The notes below the pieces were generated by a model. The model saw nothing but the letters and a program-made list of their open reading frames with translations, made no database searches and was not told where the DNA came from. Position numbers and translations under genes: made by a program. Below are positions 24,255 to 37,797 of a DNA stretch of 64,000 nucleotides, one piece after another (within the stretch, counting starts at the first letter, position 1; each line of letters starts with the position of its first letter). Source of the DNA: Polymyxa betae A26-41 (Eukaryota > Protista > Endomyxa: Phytomyxea); the NCBI GenBank assembly GCA_003693705.1, contig RBZT01000146.1, forward strand, positions 1-64,000. Direction: 5' to 3'.

Positions 24255-25700
24255 AGTCAGGGGCGTACGTTTCAGTCGCGCAGATGCGTGACGGCCGTGT
24301 AACGTAACATTCCCACCCTGTGCCGGCGCGGGCAGTGGATGAACTCGCTTTCCAGTAAGTCCAACTTGTGTTCAGGCAAAGGTTTCGTCATAGCGTCTGC
24401 AAGCATTCTTTCAGTTGGACAGTAATGATCTCAATTGTCCAATTCATGACTGCTTCTTATGTACATATTGATACTTTTCGATATGTTCGCTTCTTCGATT
24501 CGCCTTTATATTTCTCGCCAACATAAAGGTACTCTGACTGTCTTGTAAGACAGGAATCGGACTTTTAATCTCTTGTCCAAACTCCGCAGGTAGGTCTCGT
24601 ATCCAGGCAATCTCCTTCGTCACCTCACATAGTGAAATGTACTCTGCCTCGGTCGTCGAGAGTGCTAGGCATTGCTGCAGGCGACTAGCCCAGCTGATGA
24701 CAAATTGAAGTAATGTTACCGGAGGTTGGACGCCGCTCCGATTTATCTCTGGCATAGTCAGAATCAGCATATGATTGAAGCCCTCCATTTCCACGCTGGT
24801 AACGTATTCGGTATTCCGGCATCGAGGGTCGATTTCAAGTAACGTAAAATGTTTTACCACGCCAAACGTGTTGTGGTCCGGGGTTGCTGCAGAATTTCGA
24901 TAATAATCCGACTGAATTGTTAGGACGGCGGTAGGAAGTTGCGAGTTTATTCTCAAGGGACGGCGGGAGCAGGGTAGAGAAGGAGTTGGCAGGAATGGAC
25001 AAGCACAGGTTTCAGGATCAGACGCCGTACTCGCTGCGCATTGCGCGGGTGGTTGCGTCTGAGGGTTACGCTGGGACCGACTGGTGACTGTACTGTTGTG
25101 GACGCATAGGCGGGCCTAACATGAAAAGCAAGGTCCGGGGGCGTGTTCCGAGCATAAGGCATATCAGGCTCCCGATAGCTTGAGCGTAGGGAAAATTCTC
25201 CGGACTCCCTCATGTTTTGCGTAAATTGCTCCGGCGGCCATCATGTAGTGCGTGGCCTGCAGTTGCCCATATTGTAACGCTCCAATACCTCTAGAACTTA
25301 CTTTACTACCTAGTTTTCCTGAGTTAATGTAATAGTACCGGACGGTAGGTCGCGCTCAACTTTGATGCCTAGGATAAACTCCAGGTCTCCCACAGGTGTT
25401 AATGGCCAGGTTTGTCGTCTCCATCACTTTTGGTCTTATTACCCTTCGACTAGCTGTTTAAACTTTCGGTCGACTCTGCCACGCCTGCCCTTTGTGGATG
25501 CTCTCATTGCAGTCTCGGGTTCCTTGCTGCCACCATAATTTCCGTTTCACACGAAGTTCGACTGCCTGTAAACGCGCAATCATGTCCGTCCATGAGAGCA
25601 TAGGACGGTTTGAGAAGGCACCGAGGAGCGATGTTGAACTTCTGCAGGTGTTTGACGGCGTTCAGAATTGTGACAAAGAAATCAACCTCTGAGATTTCGA
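24255..25700 (-). mobile_element. Internally deleted Ty1/Copia retrotransposon (gag, RT and RNase H fragments, PPT and start of 3' LTR)
   Basis: Fragments: VGDLEFILGIKVERD; VLERYNMGNCRP; PYAQAIGSL...GTRP; LRYLKST; YADSDYA; ISWASRLQQCLALSTTEAEY; MLADAMTKPL. A purine-rich tract AGGGTGGGAA is followed by TGTTACG at 24309. Confidence 0.9.
24918..25121 (-). mobile_element. Solo LTR (204 bp) nested in the Copia RT
   Basis: TGTTAGG...CCTAACA perfect 7-bp termini; TSD TGAAT/TGAAA (4/5); AATAAA on the minus strand. Excision rejoins the Copia motifs DLAF and VGLLSKFCSNPG. Confidence 0.85.
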
Positions 25701-26049
25701 CTTTTCCGCACTTTTGATTTGCGGGCCAGCTCCTCCATGTAATAGACGAAATCTTGTACCGTCCGGCTTTCTTTCATCTGCTTTAATCAAAACATTTGAA
25801 ACAGATTTTAAATGCCGTAATAATCATAAATTTGGAATACCATATAAATCTAACAGACAACATTTTATTGGTGAAAAATTCCGGTGCTCGGCTTGCACTG
25901 AGGATTTTGATATTTAAAAACAGAAAACGAAATAATGATTTTATTAGAAATGCAAAAAGATATTCAAAAGAGAAAACAATGGTGGGAGTGATATTTTTGG
26001 ATTTTGGATTTGTCATTTTTGGTTTTGGTGAAATTTTTGCTTTTGAAAA

Positions 26050-26061
26050 TTAGGGTTAGGG
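26050..26061 (+). repeat. Telomere-like TTAGGGTTAGGG in a T/G-rich tract
   Basis: Read directly; at the right edge of the TE island. Confidence 0.55.
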
Positions 26062-26312
26062 TTTTTGTGGTATGGCCGGATGGGCGTGGGATTGATTTTA
26101 CTGATTCGGTATGTGTGGTTTGATTAGGGTGTTTGGGATAGGTGGGATTGATTGTCATTATGGGGTTTTTTGAGGAATAAAGTTTCTTTGGTGATGATTA
26201 CCGACAGGTTATATTTTCCCATCACATAGTGCGTTATCTGTTATCATTATAAGGGGCACTGCTATTTACTGATTATCTACTGCCTTGGTACTTTCACTAT
26301 CACTGTACTTTT

Positions 26313-28420
26313 ATGGCATTGCAAAAGATTCAGATCGTGGCCGAGACTGTTGCCGGCGAAGCCAATCTCGAATCTGCAGTTAAGACGTTTGAAGCTAATG
26401 ACTGGATCGGGAAGACTGAAGATAGGGGCGAGGCCAGAACGACACCCGATCTGACTCTCAATGTTTCGGGCATATTCTGGACTGAGGTTGCCAAAATCCA
26501 TAGCAGAACAAAGCCAGCAGGATCAGATCAGTTGCTGGTCTGGGATGATTTCAGTGAATTTCCTAGCGATGGTGAACCGGTTAAATGTCGCCGTGCTCCT
26601 TTAGGCTTACCCAATTGGAGTGGACCCTACAAGGAAATTACGACTGCATTGAACTCAGTTGCTGATGTTGATGACGCCAAACAAACCGTTCTAGAGATTA
26701 TCCGGGCAGAGCAGGCTCATCTGAGAAATTGTATTGAACAGATGCACTCGACGAATGCTGCTCTGCAATGGATCTCAATGAACCCTGCTAATGGCCATTT
26801 TCAACTCACACAACTGGTCAATATCAATCATTGGCTTGAATGCGAGCGAAGCCAAGTTCGAATCACTATCCAGAAACTCAAATCAGATGCTGAACAACCG
26901 ATTTCAGAATTTACAACACCGGATGATCAGGTTTCTTATTGTATTGTTGATTACAAAGCAATCCTAAATAAGCAATAGAAATCAGACGCTGGTGCCCCGG
27001 AAAGCCGATCGAATTTCTCGACCCCGAACATCATCCGGTACGATGTCCTTAAAATCAATCGCGTTAATCGAAACTCGCGGCGCGTCTTCGAAATCGATGT
27101 TCGTCAACATTGTTTGGCGATTGTCAGACTGGAGTACGAAATGAATTAGGATCGCTGTTTTCTCACTGTTTACTTAGAACTGTGATTTTGTCCTCTCCTC
27201 CAGGATCAGTGCACTCACGACATTCGCAATCTCAGACAAGACCTTCAACGATGGGATCTCAAAGAGGTTTCTGATCGCAACTTCTGATCTTGCTTGCTAA
27301 CAGCCAATGCTTCAGATTTGTTTTCCTTCTGCGACGATTCTGATAATATTTTACTTTCCAACACGATGATTATTGACGTTCGCCTGATCTCGCCGCAGAC
27401 ACCATCAGCCAGGAGATCTCCAACAGCCTCTCCCCGTGCTGAAATCCATATTGAGTATTTAACTAGCTCAATGAGGAAATCGAAAATATTCAAAGGTATC
27501 ACTATCTTCAATACCTTGGCTTTGTCTGATTATTACAGGTCTGATGGCAAATGTTGCTGAACGTGACCAGCTTTACAAGCACATATGTCTTTACGTTTTG
27601 CAGAAGCCGAATCTTCTCATCGCGACATTGCCTAAGGCCTGCGACACGTTAAAATCCACTGCTCCAATTGGCACAATTAGGGCGAGTGTCACAGCACGAA
27701 GAGCATTTTCTGCTACTGTGTTCGTATTCACCTTCGTACTGATTAACTGTGATTTTATATTGCTTCTATAGCGACTCTCGTATTCTTTCCCGCTCTCTGC
27801 TATCGGAATCCCATGCTCCTTCTTTAGAACAAGAGGCTCCTATTTTACCAATCCGGAGAATAACTGAACGTGCTCATTCGAACTGGGCTCTTGAAAAGCT
27901 TGCTCAAAAGTGGACCATGAGCAAGCGAATCGATTTGAATAAGAAGATACATACCGAATTGGTGCCATTTAACGAGTAACCATCATCCCTATTGTTGATT
28001 TTCGCTTTTGTTCTCAAAGTATATTTTAGGCTGACACAGGAAGCGCAGTTGTTTAAAGTTGAGTCTGTTCGCAGAATAATCGATTCGATTTGCGATTTTG
28101 GATACACGATCCAGTCGTCCGAATGCGATCCAACCGAACAAAGAAATGCCTTGGAATCGTCAGATAGGCAACAGCTACTCTCTATATTGGCAGTGACTCT
28201 TCACGAAACGTTGATTATTTATCACATTCGATCTGATATGCTTGCTGATTATTGGAAACTAGGTGGATCGATTCAGCAGTTAGTTCTGGATGGCGGTTTG
28301 GAAGCCACTTCGACGAGGTTGCAAAGCGTCATCCGAATTTAACCCCGTTTAGGTTATCTTTTTGTTTTGTTTTGTTACAATACCAATTGTGGTGCTCAGT
28401 TGCCTGGATGTGCTTGCTAG
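26313..28420 (+). CDS. Hypothetical multi-exon protein
   Basis: First exon lies within a 221-codon ORF; further GT-AG-bounded exons run to ~28.4 kb. No confident domain. Confidence 0.6.
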
Positions 28421-28849
28421 CACTGAATATACCAACCAAGCACAATTTGTTATTGATGCCATTTCCGAACTCGGTTTGTTGATCCAATACAGTCATAGAC
28501 ACGCACGAGCAAGCAGTCGTGTCCAATCTATGTAAATCGTCAGTATTATCTAGCGGCAAGCATTACAGCAAATGTCTACGGTTGCCCTAATGTAATAAGT
28601 CCATGTCAATAAGAGGGTAGTTTGCATATTTAATTATTTATTAACGATAATTCCGAATTTACCTATTATAATATTAAACCGAATTATCTTTCATAATCTA
28701 TTGCATTCCACTGCCATACATGAAAGCCAATTAGAAGATCGCTGCAAAAAAGCAGTATCGTTCTGTAGGTGATGGACTCAGGTATAGATTCAACAGCATT
28801 ATCTTTGGGAAATCAGCATAAGCAGGAACGTTGATGTGCGACACAATGC

Positions 28850-30130
28850 GGTCAGCTAGATTGAAGTCCTTTTTTCATGCAGGTTTCACTAAAACAGCGT
28901 TACTGGATGTCCTCCAAAACTGATTCATCTCCATCGCTTTGGATCTTGAAGATGATCGTTACGACAGGTATTCCATTGCCAGCAAATATTCCCCCCGCCT
29001 GTTTCACCTTCTCCATTGTCGACGTCTTTGACCCTGAAGTTTGAATCGTTGCATAACCAGCTGGTCCAGCTGCAGCAACAGGTCACCCAAGCATGATTCT
29101 CACAGCACTCATTTAGTCCTCCTGATCCGCCCAGACCACCAACGTTGAAGGGCGATGTGTCTATGGGAAGCTCTAATCGCTCATGATATCCTCGTCTGCA
29201 ATCACTCTTTCCAAAATAATCCTCTCTACTTGGCTGCCGATCGGCTTCACCATCATAGAGTCTCTCAATACGATATCCTTCATGATTTAAACCTCTTTCT
29301 AATAACCACTATCCGGATTGGTCCAGAAACTCTGCAATCCCCCTTGATGAATCTGCGTCAATTTGATCTTTCAACTCTCACTGAATACAAATCGCGTTTA
29401 AAAATGTTGTGTGTCCAACCTCGATTGGTGAGACAAAACCAAAGCGGATCAACTTCGTGATGGTCTCTGAGATCGATTTAAATCTTATGATCAGTGAAAA
29501 GTGTCGTGACAGATCCTTCACCAATCTCGAATGAAGTCGCTTATACCGTGTTCGACTTTACAGCAAGTTTCTCGACACACAATCTAATAAACCAGGGTAG
29601 CTAACACTCATCAGGCAAATGCAGACCTCGTCAGCTCCTGCCGCATGCTCTAAGCTGACACGAGGAACGTTTGCGTCGAAAGCAGTTGAATCTATTTGGT
29701 GATTGTGCCAGCTCAGGCCATTATAACGACTTTGTCCTAACAGATCACGTTATTGGCATCACATCGCCCTTTTTACAAAGTTCTACAACCAACTTAACGA
29801 TGGATCTTCAGCCTATACTGGATCTGTGCTTTATGGCAATATTTCGTATTGGGAATGATTTAGTGTATGTTGATCTTGTGATTGACAGCGGAGCTGGGCC
29901 GTCTCTCCTATCTAACTCTTTCGTTCACCAGCATCGCTTAAGCACGCCGTTAGCTCACCAACTTTCGCTCTCATCGTTCTGTGGCAGATGCAGTGATGAG
30001 TCAAGTGCCGTTATTAACTGTAACCAGGAGATATATAACTAACAAGGCATTGATTCATGGTTCTGACAAATTGTTATTATAATGTCATATTCGGTATAGA
30101 ATGGCTTTAAGCTGCCAACCCCATATGACG
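28850..30130 (+). pseudogene. Decayed Ty3/Gypsy-like gag-protease remnant
   Basis: RRKQLNLFGDCASSGHYNDF (eroded Zn knuckle) followed by LVIDSGAGPSLLS (retropepsin DSGA motif). Many stops and frameshifts. Confidence 0.6.
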
Positions 30131-30644
30131 AGATAAGTTGATGTGTTCAAGAGATATGATCGGCTGGCTACTGACAACGCTGAACACAATCAAATCGAAG
30201 GAGGTCAATCCTGCAAAGATCCCGTTCTAAGATCCTTTGTTTAGTAGTTATGATAGGTCGATAATCACGGCAGGGCTTCCTTATGGCCAGCGGCATTATC
30301 GTCAGCGCTACGAGGCACTGTTCAAGGAAACAGATCCAACATTCAATGATGAAGATGTAAATGAAAACATTCAACCAATAAGAGACATTGCAGGGATATC
30401 TCTCTCTAAGTCTTATAAACAAATGATAACAGCACATTTAAAAAAGTCAGAGCAATCAAGCAATGTAACGTAATAATGGCGTTGTAACGCAGCATCTTCA
30501 AGTTTGAAAATATTCCAAAACTGGCTGTTTGCAGAACGGAGTTTTTGCAGGATAGATTCCGGGGAATCAATCCTTGGCTCCGGATCGCATTTCCAGACTC
30601 GCATATCCATCTTCATTTCGTCAAGTTCTAGTAATAATCAAGGC

Positions 30645-31401
30645 ATGTCTATTGCACAGGGTGAGCAACAGCAGTTGTCCTGCTTCGTCGATCGTGTTGA
30701 TGGCGATGAGGGCAATAGTACACATATGCTCTTGTCCAAATGGACCCTCTGGTTTGATGCTCCTAGCCAGCAAAGACAATCGGAGAAAGACTGGACCTCA
30801 AATATGAGCGAGGTCTTCTCATTTGACACCGTCGAGGACTTCTGGCGGTAATTAGTAACTCTCTAATCTCATCAGCTTGATGTTTCTAACCGCATATACT
30901 CGCTCAGATTGTTCAACAATGTTAAAGCTCCTTCTGGATTAGTGTTCTCATCGAACTATCACCTGTTCCGTCATGGTGTAAAACCAGCATGGGAAGATCC
31001 CATGAATGAACATGGTGGAAGATGGAGATTTGAATTGAAGGGTAATCCCGCTGAATTCGACAACTGCTGGCGTCTTCTGGTAGCTATCACGTTGTTATGT
31101 ATCGAATAGTCACTAACCTCAGCTATATAGACAGCTGCTATCGTTGGAGAGCATTTTGATTTTAGCGAGCACGTCTGTGGTGTTGTTGGTAATCCTCGTA
31201 AAAACTTCCAGGTTACAACTCTCCACATTGTATATTGCCGTTTGTTGATTCTCTTTCCAGCGCATGTCGATTTGGCTGAAAAATGCTCATGATGAGAAAG
31301 CCGTTCAGGCTGTTGGACGAGCTTTGAAGGAAGCTTGCAAATCCAATGCGAGCTGGGATTTCGAAGGCCACCATAAAAACGCATTGACCTTCAAATTGTA
31401 G
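30645..31401 (+). CDS. EIF4E: Translation initiation factor eIF4E
   Basis: HMLLSKWTLWFD, FDTVEDFWR|LFNN, NYHLFRHGVKPAWEDPMNEHGGRW, RMSIW. Confidence 0.93.
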
Positions 31402-31643
31402 ATCAAACTTATACCTCTGTCAAGTACTATTGATGTATTTTAATCTACGTTCCAAACCAATCAATATACAATTATCATTTCTGATGTTATTTCCAGCTTG
31501 CCTTAGAGCGTCATTTAAATACTCAGAGTTGGGTCAAATACATTAACTTCTCTGGCATACGCCTTCAAGGCGTCGCGTGCCGCCTCCATACTGCCCTCGA
31601 GGTGCTACCTGAGTTATTCATTCTGAAAACAGACCTGAAAGCC

Positions 31644-31954
31644 ATGTCGAACTTGTTGATTGCCGTTTGCTCCATCTTAGCCATATTCAATGGCGTCACT
31701 GCTCAGATGGTATGCTTATGCTTAACTCAAAAAAGTCATGCTTTGCTTGGTGTTGAAATGGATTGAAACAGCACCCAGAAGCTCGACTAGTACAAGCAGC
31801 AATCTATGTCGGACCAGGAGAACGTTGTGGTACTGGTCTGGTACCAAGGCAGATCTGCGATGCTTCAAGCTATGACAACATTGCGTGTGGCAGCGAAGGC
31901 TTCTGTGTTTGTCTGCCGTTAGGTTCCGCCTGCTACAAGTCTTCCTATCCTTAA
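31644..31954 (+). CDS. Small secreted cysteine-rich protein, 82 aa, 2 exons
   Basis: Exon 1 (31644-31709) MSNLLIAVCSILAIFNGVTAQM is signal-peptide-like. Intron 31710-31771. Exon 2 carries 6 Cys. Confidence 0.75.
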
Positions 31955-32051
31955 ACGAAATAAAATCACTGTTTTTCAGTTCAATTTTGAATATCTTAGC
32001 TAATACCGAGGTGAGCTTATAACTTGTATAATTCATGCCGTTAATACACAA

Positions 32052-32885
32052 TTAGCAATTGCAGTTGTTAGCACCAACATTTCCAGATTCTCGCCGAGAA
32101 TGCAGTTCTACAGTCTGCCGTGCGCGAGCAGCATCCGAGGGAGCTTCTTTGGGAAGACGCTTAGCGATCTCTTTAAACATTAAGTCAATATTATGTCCGG
32201 TTTTTGCAGAAGTTTCAAAGAAGAGAATGTTATGTTCTTTCGCATACGCCTCGGCATCGGTACGAGAGATTTGTCTGCTTGCCTCCAAATCACACTTATT
32301 CCCGGCTCTGAGTAAGTTAAAAGACAGCATTAATGACAAATATGTACAGATAATTAAAATAAAGTACAAGCCTATCACAATATCATGAGATCCATGTCGC
32401 TGCAGCTCAGTTATCCAGGATTTAGCGCCTTCAAAGGTAACCTTATCCGTAATATCATACACAATTAAAGCTGCTGCAGCTCCACGATAATACATTGGTG
32501 CCAAACTTCGATACCTTATAATAACATTGGCACTCTTTTGAATTGTCTAACAGGCAAAACTGACCTTTCTTGCCCAGCAGTGTCCCATATCTCGAATTTC
32601 TAATAATTGTTGTGTTAACCACGCTTAAATGACTACCTCATAGAGCACATACCACTGTGTATCCATCTAGGTCAACAGTTTGAGTTAAAAAGGCAGCACC
32701 GATAGTAGGCTGGCCATGCTCCTCAAAAGACCGCTTAACAAACCGCGAGCACGAGCTCGATTTTCCGACAGCCGAATCGCCTATGGCCAAGAATGAGCAG
32801 GCGTGGCTGGCCTAACGCTGAATGGACCTAATAGGACCAGCTTGAAGGAAATCAGACGTGGCAGAGCCTGTGTGTTGCTTGTCAT
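32052..32885 (-). CDS. RAB5: Rab5-family GTPase, 5 exons
   Basis: [61 protein letters not shown]; CNC* terminus. Confidence 0.93.
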
Positions 32886-33038
32886 TGGGGTGCAATATTT
32901 TATTGTGAATATGTATAGCGTAGATGTGAGATAGATTCAAAACCCGGGCACGGACCATTGTCCCATATCGTCATTACCTGCCTAGGCGTATCAACATCTC
33001 TGCAAATATTTCTGCAAACATGCACATTCATTCACCAA

Positions 33039-34038
33039 TCACCAAAGACTCGACGTTGTAATAGGGCTGCTGCTGCTGCTTTTGAAGTCAAAATCGGGCT
33101 TGAAATAACCTATGCTATGACTCAAAATGCAATTACAGCAATGCTGAGCGCTTGCTCGGTAACTTGCGTTTGGTTGCATTGAGATCGGTATTATAACTTG
33201 TCTGCTTATACACGGTGGTTTTATTCCCAAATCTGTGCTGACTTAAATCTGTCGAGCCCTGGTAATCATAACTAGCACCTGATTCAAACTAAACCTTAAC
33301 TACAGCTCAAAGCCTGACCTCTTTTCCTTGCAGTGATCAATATCGGTGTCATTCCAATTTCCATATGCTGGATAAATCTAATCGAGATGAAGTTTTAAAC
33401 GGAATGCTTACGTTCGTTTCGGTAAAAGTGAAAAGCGTCCTTCATCTTGTTTGAATTGCTTCTTTGTATGTCAAAGGATGTTTTTGTCAATTGTACAGGG
33501 TTCTTAGCTCCTTGTTGGCAGCGAATGTCCAGATAATCTTGCCCATGATCAATCTGTTAACCAGCGTCATTTAAAGTTTCTACGCATCGACCACGAGTTC
33601 ACCTTTAAAGCAGGAGTGTTTGGACACCGAACAAATAACGCTCCTACAGTAGCTGACTTCGTATCTGCAATTTAGCAAAGCTGAAATCATCGTTTGTAGT
33701 AACCTATGATAGCATACTTGGTGAAGAGCTTTTTCCGGTTGAATAGCGCCTTTTTCCGGTTGAATAGCGCGCCATATCATTTGGAAGATGTTTGGGCAGG
33801 CAAATCTTAGTTGCTCTAGCATCATACTTGTAGATCATGTCATCTATCACAAACAGATCAAGATCATGGCCATGAATAAACTGTCCAGATGATTCTTCTG
33901 AATCGCGGTTCAGCTTGATCGGCACGAATTAAATCATCAAAGGCAATCACCAGAAACTAGGTCTTGCGAGTGACGCCGACACGCATCCTGGAGCAAAGTG
34001 ACGACGCAGGCAGCAGCGCTGTCGTCATGTTTATCCAT
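33039..34038 (-). CDS. Hypothetical multi-exon protein (3' end uncertain)
   Basis: Starts MDKHDDSAAACVVTLLQDACRR; GT-AG exons; an exact in-frame 21-bp duplication at 33729-33770. Confidence 0.45.
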
Positions 34039-34281
34039 CAGCAAGATTAGAAAAAGAATGAATGAGATGATTGTTTGGTAAATGACCATGACTGAATCCC
34101 ACTGAGATACGTTTCATTGATGACAACCCACTTCATCCTCTAATTAGTATTAATCACTTCTCTATTCTAACCTACATCCTTAGTCATTTCTCTCTATGCT
34201 GCTTATAATACCATGTTCCTAACACAAACAATCTGTATTGACACCAACAGCAGTAAAAGCACACCTAGCGATAATGTAGCA

Positions 34282-35264
34282 TCAGCGGGACCGCCCGCCT
34301 TTCTTCTTGCTCTTATTCGCAAGCTTCTCTTTCAGAAGCGCAGCACGATCCGGCTGAGATTTCTTTCGTTCTTCAGCTTCATGTTTCTGTTGCGCTTTCA
34401 GCAACCGGGCTTCTTCGCGTTCTTTCTGAAGTTTCTGGATTCGCTCTCGTTCTGCAAGAGCCGCCACCTCAGCTGCACCATTATCAGTATAATTGACATG
34501 AACAATGGCTGCCTACGAACCTGGCTCGAGCTTTCTTTCCTCAATTGAAGTAAGGTCCATTTCAAACTGTAATGATGCATTGGGAGGAATAACAGGTTTT
34601 GAACCAGCTGAACCATAACCATATCGGGACGTACACCTCATGGTGCATTTTTCTCCAAGACGCATTGTAGCAACGGTCATGTCCCATGCTGGAATCACTT
34701 TACGTCGACCTGATTACAATAATAAGCACATACTGCAATCAATCTTGAAAGGCTGCTACAAACCGAGATCAAAGGCAAAGTCTCTTTTCGACCTGTCGAA
34801 CTCCTCGTTTGAAGGAAACAGAGTGCCAACGTATTTTACAAATACTCGATGGACATTAGGCTGAGGAATCAGAGCATCGTCGCTCCCGTGGTTGATAATC
34901 TGCTTTATAACAGATCCATCATCGTTCACTTTTATCCACTGATCATCTAGAAAGGAGCCCTGATTAGAGACCGATAAGACAAAGCAGCGATTACAAACCC
35001 GAATCATTGCCGATCAAAGCATTGAACATGGAACGCCAACCGACAGACCTCGATTTGATGTAATTGATTGAATGGGCAGCAATGATAAACAAGTTGTACG
35101 TAATTGCGCCAATAAGACCGCAGCCATCAATCTTTCCGGCCAAGCCCTTATGTGTGACGAGACCATGGTCTGTCGCACGCTCTGCCTTCCAGAACAATCT
35201 TTTGACACGTCGTGCCCGAAGTTTCTCAACCAATGCACCTAGCGAAGCGCTCAAAAAATCTCAT
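34282..35264 (-). CDS. FKBP-type peptidyl-prolyl isomerase with basic coiled-coil tail (start uncertain)
   Basis: VFVKYVGTL...EEFDRS...FAFDLG; VIPAWDMTVATMRLGEK...YGYGSAGSKPVIPPNASLQFEMDL. Confidence 0.88.
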
Positions 35265-35590
35265 TTTCGTTAGTATTGTTGAAGCCACAAAAAAGGCAAA
35301 ACGGAATACTGCTTTGTGCTTGTTTAAGTACTCAATTTTACTACCAGGGACTACTAGTCTTCGTTGATGCTATTTTTTACAATATCAAAGACAACGGGTC
35401 CAAACAAAAGAACACAGACGAGTTTCCTTATACTCTTATAGTGTTCTAGTTCAATATTGAAAACATGCCTCGATTGTCATGCACTGCGATCACATGACTG
35501 ATTCAGATTTGCTGTCCATTCTGTTCGGATTTGGAATCTAACCAAACGCAGAAGTCAAAAGGTCACGCAGATTTCTCTGAAGTTTCGAAA

Positions 35591-37698
35591 ATGTCCATCG
35601 AGCTTGCTCTCGATGATATCGCCTCTTGTCAACATCGGCAGCTGATTCTAGGTAAATTAATTCAACATTATTTAGTGACACTTACACAACTAAAACAGAT
35701 CGCTTAAATCAATGCAAACAATCCAGCATAGCTCCATTCGATTTGCTAAATGCCTTACTTTATCGTATCGTGCAATCAGACACAAATTCTGTTGAAGTTT
35801 CCAATTACGTCTTCGCTGTTGGTTTATTTTGTACTTTGGCAAGATCGTGGTCATCAGCCGCTGAAAGACATATCGATAAAATTGTCAGAGCATTGCATTG
35901 TGTGCAAAGGGATTATGAAGCAAATGAATTGAAATGGGCCTTGTTCTCGTCGTGCTCCAGATTAGTAACATTATCAAAGCCAGAACATGCTTCAAGTTTG
36001 CATTCAGAAATGATCGCTCTTTTATTGCCTATTGTACAAACGCGAGCCGAACTTAGAGACGAAGAGGTCATGTTGCTGATTAAGGCGATTCAATACGTCG
36101 ACCAGATTGTTTGTTTTTTGCCTGAACTGTTATGCGAATCTAGCAGCACTCCTGCTTTATTTTCCTACATTTTCAATTTGATATCGAATTCTGAACATTC
36201 CGAGCTGACTCGTGTGGCTGCTCAATGCAGCTCGAGATTTATTGAATTGACCATTGCTGATTTCACGCATCCCGGGCTGCATTTAGTTGAGCCAATTTGG
36301 TTCAATGATGCTAATGATGATAACAAAATTGACGAATCCCAGCGTCAAGAGCTTGTAATGTCAGCTTTATAATCTTTGTTAATGTTCCTGATAGTGCTGT
36401 TCCAGGAAAAGCAACTGTTGGCATTCAAATTATACGATGTATCTGCTGCAGCCAAATCGTTGACCGGATCGCGCGAATTCGAGCTTGACATTAATATGCT
36501 CTATTTTTTGGCGCTATTAGCTAAATCACAAGATCCAGAAAATTGCTGTGTTGCTGGAATATATCGATACTGCTACAATGAAATCCTGAATCTAATCGAT
36601 TCTCCAGCTGTTCGTCGAAAGAAGTCCTTAAGGTCAGTAAACATAGGAAGGTCTGGCTGCTTCTTTAATCGCTTGTTTAGAAATCAAGTCTCTCAGATGA
36701 TGAACTTATTGGGCAGTTTGATCTCTCTACTTTCCAAGGAATCCATGTCTGCGGTCTTCGGCGATATTCAGATTCTCTTTAAAGAATTGAACTCGAGGAA
36801 TCTTCTGCTTGCCTCTATTCGAGGTAGTTTACATCATTGCTTCTCCCGTTATTTGCTTTCAAATCCGTCAACTGATGATCCAAACCTGGAATCGACGATA
36901 TCATTCTGTCTGGATAATCTTGCAAATCCAATTGTTACCAGCGATTGTGTTTTTATCGCTCGACTGAATCAAAAACTGTTATCATCGATTGCAGAGAAAG
37001 TACGGGATGTGATTTGTCTTGCATTAGAAGGTACCCAATTGTTTTATGAATAATTCCAAACGATGCTGATTGATTTCTTTAAAGACAGGCGCCAAGAAAC
37101 GATTGAACATGGTCTAGAAGCTGCTGGTCGAATCGCTTGCTATTTATTCAATTCTGACCAACGGATCGTTACTGATCTGGTTACTGCTGTTAACGATCTG
37201 CTTGATAAGAACCCTTCGCCTATTGCCTTGTTATCTGCTGTCCGGTTAATCACTCATACTACTTGCGAGCCGGATCAGATCGCCAGAACGCTCTCCAAAC
37301 TTATCGATCTTGCTCTGTTAAGATCTTGTTTTGATGCCTCGGCTGACGATGGAACAGACTGTGGTTCCGAGCTGCAGATTGCCTCGTTATTAGCTCTTAA
37401 AACTGTCTTTACTTGTGGCATTATCTCTGGTGAATTATTATCTGACCAAGAGGGATTCGTTAATGATCTCGTGAACGAATTGGTACTAGCTCCCTGTATA
37501 TTTGAAGACGAAGTAGAAATTCGTCTTCTAGCATTAGATGTCATTGGTGCTGTTGCTGAACGATATACCATATTCGATTGGAAACAGATTATGTATCTTC
37601 TGACAACTGTCGGTAAAGAAGCAGATATTGGTCGAATTTTGGATGGAGGCCCGTTACAAGATTTGATCAATACCATCAGTACATTATTTAAACAGTGA
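35591..37698 (+). CDS. Leu-rich helical (ARM/HEAT-like) protein
   Basis: Three consecutive ORFs of about 210 aa linked by short introns; amphipathic helical pattern. Confidence 0.65.
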
Positions 37699-37797
37699 AT
37701 GATACAGTTTATTCGTCTCGATCGTTATAGATCGACAGTATAATAACTATAATTTAACTTAAGGCCAAAATATTCAGACATTGGTTATTCCTATAGC

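Noticed and set aside
25714-25917. C-x3-H...C-x2-C zinc-ribbon-like fragment
   Set aside because: Short, no good start, inside the TE island; too little support for a call.
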